Shown piece by piece: positions 56,365-64,000 of a stretch of 64,000 nt of DNA. The DNA is from Candidatus Adlerbacteria bacterium (GTDB taxonomy: Bacteria > Patescibacteriota > Minisyncoccia > Phycocordibacterales > SBAW01): NCBI GenBank assembly GCA_028286685.1, contig JAQBRA010000004.1:12898-76897 (forward strand), read 5' to 3'. Within the stretch, counting starts at the first letter, position 1; every line of letters starts with the position of its first letter. Below the pieces are notes generated by a model that saw only the letters and a program-made list of their open reading frames with translations, did no database searches and was not told where the DNA came from. A program made the translations under genes and the position numbers.

Positions 56365-57714
56365 CTACTCCTTCTTGTCAGTCGAAAGCGGCTGGTCGAT
56401 GCGGTTCATGTCGCGCGGGAACATGGTGGCCTCGCGGATGTTCTCAAGGTTGAGTATCTGCATGGTGATGCGCTCGGCGCCGAAGGCAAAGCCGCCTTCG
56501 GGCGGGGCTCCGTAGCGGAATGCCTCGAGGAACATCTCGATCTTCTTGGGGTCCATCTCCCACTCCTCCACATGCTTCATGAGCTGCGCGTAGTCATTGA
56601 TGCGCCGGCCGCCCGAGAGCCACTCGCGTCCGCGGCCTATAAGGTCGACGCCTTCGTTAAACTCCGGATTCTCCGGATTGGGGTATACGTAGAACGGCTT
56701 CTGCTTGGTTGGGTAGCCGTAGACGAACACAAAGTCCGAACCGGTCTCCTCTTTGATAATCGCGCAGAGGTCCTGCTCGTCCTGCGTGCTGAGGTCCTTG
56801 TCCCCGCGCGGATCGCGTCCGGTTTTTGTAAATATTTTCTCCTGCGCCTCGGTCAGCGACATGGTCGGGGTCTTCTCGAGCATCACGGGCAGCTCGACCT
56901 TAAGGAGCTTAAGCTCGGCCTCGCACTTGGTAGAGACAGACATGAGGATAAACCGCACGGTGTGCTCTATCATGTCGCGGATGTCGGTCCACGACTCGAT
57001 AAAGGCCATCTCGGCATCGAGCGAAACTACCTCAGTGAGATGGCGGGTGGTCTGGCTCGGTTCCGCGCGGAATATCTTGTTGACGCTAAAGACGCGCTCG
57101 AATGCGGTCATAACGATCTGCTTGTAGAGCTGCGGCGACTGGCTTAGGTACGCGTCCTTATCGAAGTACTTAACCTTGAATACCTCTGCCCCGCCCTCGG
57201 CGGTTGCAGGCACGATAGAGGGTGCCTGGAACTCGAAGAAGTCCTGCGACTTCATAAACTCGCGGAACGAGTCGATGATGACGGCCTGCACTTTGAATAT
57301 TGCCTGGTTGCGCGGATGGCGCAGCGTAAGCGCGCGGTGGTCGAGCTGGGTCGGCAGGTCGAGATTGTAACCGTCGAGCGACATATCAAACGGCAACGGC
57401 TCTGCCTTAGCCAAAATTTCCAAAGTTTGAACTTGCAGCTCAAGATCGCCATTGAGGACATCGGGGTTGATGTTCTTCTCCGGGCGCTTGTTGACCATGC
57501 CGGAGGCGCTAATGACGTACTCGCCGCGGATTTCCTTGGCAACGGCAATGGCCAGCTCTTCGCTCGGGAGCACGACGGCCTGCACGGTCCCCGAGCGGTC
57601 GCGGAAATCAAAAAAGACCATCTTGCCCTGGTCGCGGCGCACCGAAACCCAGCCTTGGATTTTGACTTGTTCCCCTATTTTCCCCTTGAGGTCTTTTATA
57701 AGTGTGCGTGGCAT
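56365..57714 (-). CDS. aspS: Aspartate--tRNA ligase, short non-discriminating type
   Basis: EGGAEVF, YLSQSPQLYKQ, FRAE, GAPPEGG..GAER, FPRD; lacks the GAD insertion. Confidence 0.9.
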   Translation of the reverse strand: MPRTLIKDLKGKIGEQVKIQGWVSVRRDQGKMVFFDFRDRSGTVQAVVLPSEELAIAVAKEIRGEYVISASGMVNKRPEKNINPDVLNGDLELQVQTLEILAKAEPLPFDMSLDGYNLDLPTQLDHRALTLRHPRNQAIFKVQAVIIDSFREFMKSQDFFEFQAPSIVPATAEGGAEVFKVKYFDKDAYLSQSPQLYKQIVMTAFERVFSVNKIFRAEPSQTTRHLTEVVSLDAEMAFIESWTDIRDMIEHTVRFILMSVSTKCEAELKLLKVELPVMLEKTPTMSLTEAQEKIFTKTGRDPRGDKDLSTQDEQDLCAIIKEETGSDFVFVYGYPTKQKPFYVYPNPENPEFNEGVDLIGRGREWLSGGRRINDYAQLMKHVEEWEMDPKKIEMFLEAFRYGAPPEGGFAFGAERITMQILNLENIREATMFPRDMNRIDQPLSTDKKE

Positions 57715-57738
57715 TGTGGCGTTTAGTGTATCAAAAAT

Positions 57739-57867
57739 TTACTCGTCCTGCTTATCTGGAGCGGGCTGGGTTTCCGGGCGGTATTCCTCAGGCAGTACAG
57801 TGCCCTTGCCGCCATTGGGCATAAAAAATTCCCCAATCGTATGCAGGATGGTTAAAAAGAATTCCAT
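57739..57867 (-). CDS. Possible 42-aa small protein between trpS and aspS
   Basis: MEFFLTILHTIGEFFMPNGGKGTVLPEEYRPETQPAPDKQDE fills the gap exactly in operon orientation. Confidence 0.35.
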   Translation of the reverse strand: MEFFLTILHTIGEFFMPNGGKGTVLPEEYRPETQPAPDKQDE

Positions 57868-57872
57868 AGTTT

Positions 57873-58820
57873 TTACAGGCTTACGCCGATGTTCTGGCGC
57901 ACCTCCTCCATTTTCTTCGATGCTATCGCTTTGGCCTTTGCGGCGCCTTGGGCCAGGGCCTTCTTAACATCATCGTCGGTAAGCGCAGCGTATTTAGCGC
58001 GCATCGGGGCCAAGTAAGCGTTGATATCGGCGGCCAAAGCCTCCTTGAGAATCTTGTAGCTCCCCTTGTTGGCTTCATAGAGCGGTGCCAGCTCCTCTTC
58101 GCTCTTGAAGAGCTTGTGGATGGCGTAGACATGGGCCGGACGCTCGCCGGATGAGTCGGTAACAATGCTCATGATCGCCTTAAGAGTATCCTCCTCGCTG
58201 CCAAAGAGCGGGATGGTGTTCTTGTAACTCTTGCTCATTTTCTGTCCGTCGGTGCCGGGCACTACGGCTACCTCGTCGCGGATCTTTTCCTGCGGTTCTT
58301 TAAGAGTCTGTCCGTAGGCCAAGTTGAACTTATTTGCGGCCTCGCGCGCATACTCCACGTGCTGGCGCTGGTCGGCGCCTACGGGCACGATGTCGGTGTC
58401 ATACAGGAGAATGTCGGCCGCCATGAGCATCGGATAGTTAAACAGTCCTGCGTTGGCCTCGAGCCCTTTGGCTACCTTGTCTTTGTAGGCGTGCGCGAGC
58501 TCTAAAAACTTTACCGTAACGAGGGTCTCGAGCATCCAGGCAAGCTCGGTGTGCTCGGATACGTCAGACTGTTTGAAAATAATCGAGTTGGAAGGATCGA
58601 TGCCGATAGCCAGGAGCGTCTTGGTGGTGTCGAGGATGTTCTGCCTAAGCGCTGCCGGGTCTTTGACGGTTGTGAGCGCGTGGTAGTCGACGACGCAGAA
58701 GATGCAGTCGTCCTCCTGGCTCATCTCGACCCACTGCTTGAGCGCGCCGAAATAGTTGCCGATGTGGAGCGCCCCGGACGGCTGCACGCCGCTAAATACG
58801 CGTTTTTTGCCCTCTGCCAT
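57873..58820 (-). CDS. trpS: Tryptophan--tRNA ligase
   Basis: SGVQPSGALHIGNYFGA, YPMLMAADIL, VPVGADQRQH, KMSKS. Confidence 0.96.
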   Translation of the reverse strand: MAEGKKRVFSGVQPSGALHIGNYFGALKQWVEMSQEDDCIFCVVDYHALTTVKDPAALRQNILDTTKTLLAIGIDPSNSIIFKQSDVSEHTELAWMLETLVTVKFLELAHAYKDKVAKGLEANAGLFNYPMLMAADILLYDTDIVPVGADQRQHVEYAREAANKFNLAYGQTLKEPQEKIRDEVAVVPGTDGQKMSKSYKNTIPLFGSEEDTLKAIMSIVTDSSGERPAHVYAIHKLFKSEEELAPLYEANKGSYKILKEALAADINAYLAPMRAKYAALTDDDVKKALAQGAAKAKAIASKKMEEVRQNIGVSL

Positions 58821-58934
58821 ATGAGTATGAGTGTACCAGAAAAGTCCTTAAGGGGCTTGGGTTTTTAGACACTTGACAAATGAGTTAAATAGGAGTATAA
58901 TTAAATAAATAGTTCATCAAACACGGGGGTTGCA

Positions 58935-59315
58935 ATGGAATTTCCGAAACCGCTTATGTCATACGAGGAGGCCTTGAAAGAGGTTGATGGATTGGCCGAC
59001 AAGCTCGGTCATAAAATTGAAGAAAAAATCAACCCACTCGTTGCTGCTCTGCGGATGTACGGTATTGTCACATCAGCGTCCTGCCAAGGACACGGCGGCT
59101 GTGGTTTGCGATATCCATGGATCGACGTCGAGATGGAAAGCATCCCTCTGGCAAGTCGGGTGGTTTGTGCCGCAAACTCGGCGCGTCATTGGTGGGTTTT
59201 TGAGCCCAGGCCGACTTTTATGCGGCTCCATCCTGGGAACATCAGGGTAAAACTGAGCCGCATGCAGCATCAGGCTCTGGTGTTTGCTGAACGGATTCGT
59301 AAGCTAAATGACTAG
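58935..59315 (+). CDS. Hypothetical protein (G..T.ASCQGH..YPWID motif)
   Basis: Promoter TTGACA-N17-TATAAT (58873-58901); terminator 59329-59360. Confidence 0.65.
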   Translation: MEFPKPLMSYEEALKEVDGLADKLGHKIEEKINPLVAALRMYGIVTSASCQGHGGCGLRYPWIDVEMESIPLASRVVCAANSARHWWVFEPRPTFMRLHPGNIRVKLSRMQHQALVFAERIRKLND

Positions 59316-59328
59316 CGAGTCGTTAAGC

Positions 59329-59360
59329 AAAACGGCGGGACAAATGTCCCGCCGTTTTTT
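59329..59360. terminator. Bidirectional intrinsic terminator
   Basis: aaaacggcgggaca-aa-tgtcccgccgtttttt. Confidence 0.85.
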
Positions 59361-59381
59361 TATTTGCTCTGCTTTTTTGTC

Positions 59382-60491
59382 TTAGATCCCCTCCTCCTTA
59401 AGCTTCTCAACTAAACTCTTAGCTGCTTTGGAAAGCTTGTGAGGGAAGAGGATTTTGACCCGAACATACATGTCTCCCCTCTTGCCGCCGCGCTGCGGTA
59501 CGCCGCGGCCTTTTACCTTGAGCATCTCGCCATGGCTGACGCCGGTCGGGATATCTATATCTTCCTCGCCATCAAGCGTCTGGAGCTTGTAGCTGGTGCC
59601 CAACAGGGCGTCGGTAAGTTTGACGGAGAGCTCGGTAGTGAGGTTGGGCCCATCTTTCTTAAAGCGCGCATCGGGCTGGATATGCACCTTAACGTAGAGG
59701 TCGCCGGGGTTGCCGCCCGAGACCGCCTCGCCCATGCCGGTAAGGCGTATCATCTCATTGCCCTCGATGCCGGCCGGTACGGTGATGTCTATCTCCTCCT
59801 GCTTCTTGTATACCCCTTCGCCGCGGCAGGTCTCGCACTTTTCCTTGGGGACCTTGCCCATGCCCTTGCAGTGGCGGCACACGCTCTGCATGGTAATAGT
59901 GCCAAAGAAGGAATTGGTCGTCTCGTGGACCTTGCCCTGCCCGTTGCAGTGGGTACAGGTCATCATTTCGGTGCCCATCTTGGCGCCCGAGCCCTGGCAG
60001 GCCTCGCAGGTGCCGGTCTTAGCCAAAAGTACCGAGCGCTTGATGCCGAAAATAGAGTCTTTAAAGGAAATTTCGAGGTCAATGGAGATGTCGCGGCCGC
60101 GGCGCACGCGGGTGCCGCCTGCCTGGCCGGCAAAGATGTCTCCAAAAATATCCCCCATGTCAAAGCCTGCTCCGCCCTGATTGAAGGCCTCGGCAAATTG
60201 GCTGAAGTCAAAGCCGCCGCCCTGGCCGAATCCGCCAAAGCCTCCGGCACCCGTCCCGCCGGGAGCGCCCCCTCCGCCAAACACGCGGCCGTAGGAGTCG
60301 TACTCGGCGCGTTTCTTGTCGTCGGAAAGGACCGAGTATGCCTCGCTCACCTCCTTAAATTTGTCCGCGTCGCCCTCTTTCTTGTCCGGATGGAACTTGT
60401 GCGCGAGCTTGTGGAACGCCTTCTTAATCTCCTCTTTAGATGCCTTCTTCTCTATCCCCAAGATCTCGTAGTAGTCGCGTTTGTTGGACAT
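59382..60491 (-). CDS. dnaJ: Chaperone DnaJ
   Basis: J domain with HPD, G/F region, four CxxCxGxG repeats. Confidence 0.96.
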   Translation of the reverse strand: MSNKRDYYEILGIEKKASKEEIKKAFHKLAHKFHPDKKEGDADKFKEVSEAYSVLSDDKKRAEYDSYGRVFGGGGAPGGTGAGGFGGFGQGGGFDFSQFAEAFNQGGAGFDMGDIFGDIFAGQAGGTRVRRGRDISIDLEISFKDSIFGIKRSVLLAKTGTCEACQGSGAKMGTEMMTCTHCNGQGKVHETTNSFFGTITMQSVCRHCKGMGKVPKEKCETCRGEGVYKKQEEIDITVPAGIEGNEMIRLTGMGEAVSGGNPGDLYVKVHIQPDARFKKDGPNLTTELSVKLTDALLGTSYKLQTLDGEEDIDIPTGVSHGEMLKVKGRGVPQRGGKRGDMYVRVKILFPHKLSKAAKSLVEKLKEEGI

Positions 60492-60732
60492 AATTATCCA
60501 CATTGTACGCGCCGTATGGCGCGTATGCAAGCTTTAGCCATAGTCCCGCTTAGTTGACAATAAGTGGAAAAATAAAAAAATGCTCATGCGTACTTCAGCA
60601 TGAGCATGAAGCTTCTTTTGTTCGTAGTGCGGACGATTAGGGAAAAGAAAAAGGCCGCAACACAAAGTGTTGCGGCCCGGGAACTAGTTACCTAATTCCG
60701 AATGTGCTTCTTGTTGTAGATCGAGCCGGCGC

Positions 60733-61197
60733 TTAGTTGTTCCGGCTCGTGAGGGTGCTGATCACGTTCTTGACCTGCGACATGTTGCCGGCCGCGAGCG
60801 CAGTCGAATTCGCCTCGGAGACGCCCGCCGCCAGGCTGTTGGCCACGCCGCTGACCGCCTGGTTCGCCGAGCCGCTGAGCTGGCCGACCACGGTGTTGGC
60901 CTGCGCGCCCATGGCGCCGAACGTGCCCAAATGCTCCGACGTCGCCGAGATGGCGTTGTCGACCGACGAGCTGTTGAGCATGACGGCACCCAGAGCGTCG
61001 GTCTTCGCGTTGGACGTGTTCGACGTGGCGTTGGCAACCGCACCGGCAACCTGCTGGCCGACGATCGTGCCCTGCAGGATGACGGTATTCGCCGCATCGA
61101 ACGTCTGGGCGTTGGCCGGAGCCGCGGGCAGAAGAGCGAGAACAGCGGCGCCGGCAATGAGGGCGGCGGCGCGGAACATGGTACGAATGGTCTTCAT
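60733..61197 (-). CDS. Secreted Ala/Asn/Ser-rich protein, HfaD-like (short)
   Basis: Signal peptide (ANA-Q), repeats such as NSTALAAGN; third gene after the hfaA/hfaB-like genes; AAGGAAG SD. Confidence 0.55.
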   Translation of the reverse strand: MKTIRTMFRAAALIAGAAVLALLPAAPANAQTFDAANTVILQGTIVGQQVAGAVANATSNTSNAKTDALGAVMLNSSSVDNAISATSEHLGTFGAMGAQANTVVGQLSGSANQAVSGVANSLAAGVSEANSTALAAGNMSQVKNVISTLTSRNN

Positions 61198-61295
61198 GAC
61201 TTGCTTCCTTGGTTGTTGTCGCGTGATTACAGTAGCGGGTTGCGACTCCTCCCGCTACAGTTCCCTGCCTCCGGCGGAATGCCAGGGGAGGTATC

Positions 61296-62294
61296 TCAGT
61301 TAAGTGCCGAGACGACTGTCTCGTTGCGGCACTTATAAAGGTTGAACTTCTGCTCCAGCAGGTCGCCGACCGCGAGGTCGATCAGGTCTCCCATCGAGTC
61401 TTGCACCGGCTCGCGCCGCTGCGCACCCGCTTCGAGATTGATCAGCTGCGGCTTTACGTCACCGAAGTAACGCGTCAGCTGCAGACGGATGCCGTCCTGA
61501 ACGACCTGCTTTTTGACCGTGGTGGTTGCCACGATCCGTCCGCCCACCGAGTCTCCAACCGGAAACTCAACGAGTCGCATGTCGAGCCGCTGGGCGATTC
61601 GATTCTGCTCGTAGCCGGCAGTAAGCCCTGCGGCTCCGCCGTTGATGCCGCCGCCGGGCAGAAAGTCGGTTCCGGTGATCGAGCCCATAATCACGTAGCG
61701 CGCGGGGTACAAAGTCCCTTTGCGCAACGGTATGTTCTTAATCTGGACCGTCTGCGACTCCGTCTTGGGCGGCGTGTTGGTGGTGACCTTGAGCGTAGCC
61801 GGACGGGAGACCCCGTCTGGACCCTTGATCTCCTGGTTCGGGATGGTTGTTTCCGTCACCGAGCCTTCCTGAGTTCTTACATTCAGGACGGCAGGACGGC
61901 TGACGCCGTCGCCAACGAGCTCCTGGCCTGCTTTGGCCTGGAACCAGTCGAGCGTTCCCCGGTAAACCGGATCCAGCTCGACAAGCCTCACCCCGGTGCG
62001 ACCCAGGGAGGATATTGCCATATCGGCTCCACCTTGGGTATTGAAGGCGCCGGTGCCGTCGTTGCTGGAGTAGTTGGCTTTGCCGGTTTTATCGCCGCCG
62101 CCGACCACTCCGAACGCAACTTGGCGCTGAGCCTTGGTGAGATTGCGTGCAACGCACGCAAGCTTGCCTTCCGCCACCTTACCCGTAACTTCGGGCTCGG
62201 GGCCCTTGGGCAGCTGTACATTTTCCCCGAACGGGGCAACTGCGCAGCCAGCCAAGGATAGAGCCGCAATAAGTACGGCCACGATGCGATGCAT
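61296..62294 (-). CDS. hfaB: HfaB/CsgG-family lipoprotein (holdfast anchor / curli-type secretion channel)
   Basis: Lipobox LAGC; LACV, DKTGK, TQGGADMAISSL...RLVE, GSIT, LDMRLV, KQVV, EPVQ motifs in HfaB order; AGGAG SD. Confidence 0.8.
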   Translation of the reverse strand: MHRIVAVLIAALSLAGCAVAPFGENVQLPKGPEPEVTGKVAEGKLACVARNLTKAQRQVAFGVVGGGDKTGKANYSSNDGTGAFNTQGGADMAISSLGRTGVRLVELDPVYRGTLDWFQAKAGQELVGDGVSRPAVLNVRTQEGSVTETTIPNQEIKGPDGVSRPATLKVTTNTPPKTESQTVQIKNIPLRKGTLYPARYVIMGSITGTDFLPGGGINGGAAGLTAGYEQNRIAQRLDMRLVEFPVGDSVGGRIVATTTVKKQVVQDGIRLQLTRYFGDVKPQLINLEAGAQRREPVQDSMGDLIDLAVGDLLEQKFNLYKCRNETVVSALN

Positions 62295-62316
62295 GCCACT
62301 CACTCCTGGTTGGGCG

Positions 62317-62787
62317 CTACGGCGTCGACTTGGTGACAACACTGTCAGCCGAGTTGTAGACGCCGCCGGTGCCCTGCGTTGTTGCGTTTGATTTGGCGGT
62401 GCCCGACTGCGTAGCGTTGTTGGCGCTTTGCGTCGTGCCATTCGTCACAGCATTGCCGTTGCCGGTAATGATCGTGTCGTTTTGGCTGTAGTTGCCGATC
62501 ACCGTGTTATGGGACGCACTAAACGGGCCGGTGTAGGTGTATTGCTGCACCACATCGCCGTTGTAGACGGTAGAGCCGCCGGTTGAACCGGGAGCGCCAG
62601 TTATGATGCCATGACGATTCAGGTAGTCCTGATAGGCGTCATTGCGCAACAGACTCTTGTCGTAGGTGCTCGTTGGAGCCCACGTGCCGCTCCATTTCAG
62701 GGGCGCATTGTTAGGCGATTGGGCTTGCGCCGCAGTCGCCAGGAAGGCCAGGCAAAGCCCGACAATCCCGCTTATGAGCTTTGTCAT
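62317..62787 (-). CDS. Secreted HfaA-like (curlin-like) protein
   Basis: Signal peptide AQA-Q; NTVIGN...ITGNGNAV...TQSANN motif resembling the HfaA C-terminus; upstream of hfaB; promoter TTGACA-N17-TAAGAT (62891-62863). Confidence 0.6.
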   Translation of the reverse strand: MTKLISGIVGLCLAFLATAAQAQSPNNAPLKWSGTWAPTSTYDKSLLRNDAYQDYLNRHGIITGAPGSTGGSTVYNGDVVQQYTYTGPFSASHNTVIGNYSQNDTIITGNGNAVTNGTTQSANNATQSGTAKSNATTQGTGGVYNSADSVVTKSTP

Positions 62788-62909
62788 GAGTTCCTCTCTT
62801 TGTTCAAAGTGCAATTTGCCGTTAAAAAGGGCGCCGTTAGGCGCTCTTTCAGCACTGGAGCGATCTTAACCTACTTAATAAAACGTGTCAAGCGTGGACA
62901 ATACTCAAG

Positions 62910-63998
62910 TTAGTGTTCTTCATTTTTGGCCGGTTCTTCCCCATCTCCTAAAAATCCTCCCGCCTGGATGCTCCAGAGCTTCTGGTAGAGCCCGCGCTCG
63001 CGAATCAGCTGCAGGTGGGTGCCCTGGGCGACCACTGCTCCCCCGTCTATGACCACTATCCGGTCCATTTTCATGATAGTGGAGAGGCGATGCGCGATGA
63101 CTATGACCGTCTTCCCTTCCATAAGCACATTGAGCGCATCCTGTATCAATGCTTCGGACTCGGAGTCGAGGCTTGAGGTCGCTTCGTCCAGAACCAGTAT
63201 GGGCGCGTCTTTCAGTATTGCCCTAGCAATGGCGACGCGCTGGCGCTCGCCGCCGGAGAGCTTGATGCCCCGCTCGCCCACGAGCGTGTCGTAGCCCAGC
63301 GGGAGCTTTGAGATAAATTCGTGGCAGTGCGCCTTCTTGGCGGCCTCTATAACCTGCTCGTTGGTTGCATCGCGATAGCCGTACCGGATGTTTTCCATAA
63401 GCGTGCGGTGGAACAGGATAGGCTCTTGCGGCACGAAAGCTATCGCGTCGCGCAGAGTATCTTGGGTAACCTTGCTGATATCTTGTCCGTCTATCTTTAT
63501 TTCGCCCAAGGCGACATCGTAAAGCCGCAGCAAGAGCTTGGTCACAGTCGACTTGCCCGCACCCGAGGGGCCCACCAGCGCTACCCGCTCCCCGCCGGAA
63601 ATAGTGAGGTTGAATTGCTGCAGAATGGGCGTGCCTTTATGGAAGTTAAACGACACGTCGTCAAACCAGACCTCGCCCGTATCAACCCTAAGGCGCTTGG
63701 CGCCCTTTTTGTCGCGTATCTCGTGGGGGGTTTGAAGTATGGCGAGCATCTCCCCGGCGTCGGCAAATGCGTCATAAAATCGGCGCAAGTTAAACCCTAT
63801 GCCCATAAGCAGGTTAAAGACCGTGAGCAGGTAGGCCTGTATGAGTACGAAGTCGCCCAAGGTCAGCTCGCCTTGCCTCCAGAGCAGGACCGCGCCCCAC
63901 AGGAGTCCCACCTGTATGGCTACGACAAAAAGCCCGATGATTCCCCAGGTCCAGCCGTCTATGAGCCAGTTGCGCAGGGTTTTCTGCCGCCAATCGGT
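62910..63998 (-). CDS. ABC transporter, fused permease/ATPase (5' part beyond window)
   Basis: GPSGAGKST, LSGGERQR, ILVLDEATSSLD, IAHRLSTI. Confidence 0.93.
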   Translation of the reverse strand, partial: TDWRQKTLRNWLIDGWTWGIIGLFVVAIQVGLLWGAVLLWRQGELTLGDFVLIQAYLLTVFNLLMGIGFNLRRFYDAFADAGEMLAILQTPHEIRDKKGAKRLRVDTGEVWFDDVSFNFHKGTPILQQFNLTISGGERVALVGPSGAGKSTVTKLLLRLYDVALGEIKIDGQDISKVTQDTLRDAIAFVPQEPILFHRTLMENIRYGYRDATNEQVIEAAKKAHCHEFISKLPLGYDTLVGERGIKLSGGERQRVAIARAILKDAPILVLDEATSSLDSESEALIQDALNVLMEGKTVIVIAHRLSTIMKMDRIVVIDGGAVVAQGTHLQLIRERGLYQKLWSIQAGGFLGDGEEPAKNEEH

Positions 63999-64000
63999 AA

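Noticed and set aside
62863-62880. Possible CtrA box in the hfaA-like promoter
   Set aside because: The two TTAA half-sites are 5 nt apart, not the TTAA-N7-TTAA consensus.
356-63775. Many long antisense or overlapping ORFs in the six-frame track (e.g. 12389..13681, 18678..19670, 21511..22548, 59439..60557)
   Set aside because: They shadow well-supported genes on the other strand or frame, lack motifs, and are expected from GC-rich codon bias.

Overview
This is a 64-kb chromosomal segment of a streamlined Patescibacteria (CPR) genome, most likely Parcubacteria. That call is an inference from gene content: short ProRS, class I LysRS, short non-discriminating AspRS, a split dcw cluster, scpAB, an RLPxPGxDxGxWG surface-protein leader and apparently leaderless core genes. 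Core content covers cell shape and division (mreB, mreC, mrdA; mraZ, rsmH, ftsL, ftsI, murF; mraY, ftsW, murG), six aminoacyl-tRNA synthetases, dnaB, recR, rmuC, ribosomal proteins, dnaJ, tatA, tatC, tRNA-Glu(CTC) and tRNA-Pro(GGG). The window appears to span the replication terminus, because KOPS-like GGGNAGGG polarity and gene orientation flip at a dif-like site (35474-35501) that is duplicated around a 2.7-kb cargo island. The most striking feature is a dispersed set of Alphaproteobacteria-type genes in a lineage thought to lack an outer membrane: a CtrA homolog with an altered recognition helix, an hfaA-hfaB-hfaD-like holdfast-anchor operon, an Omp25/RopB-type beta-barrel and a degenerate XRE regulator. 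These and about ten ORFans mostly sit in self-contained cassettes with a sigma70 -35/-10 promoter and Shine-Dalgarno, often with a terminator, whereas core genes look leaderless. This suggests a host-derived, possibly host-directed toolkit. Other finds are a family of structured intergenic elements, an integrase-less island flanked by a 37-bp duplication of the mrdA 3' end, a C4/CI-like antisense leader, and a Tat-linked locus with a phage-fibre/GH5 fusion. All protein calls are by eye, without database searches.
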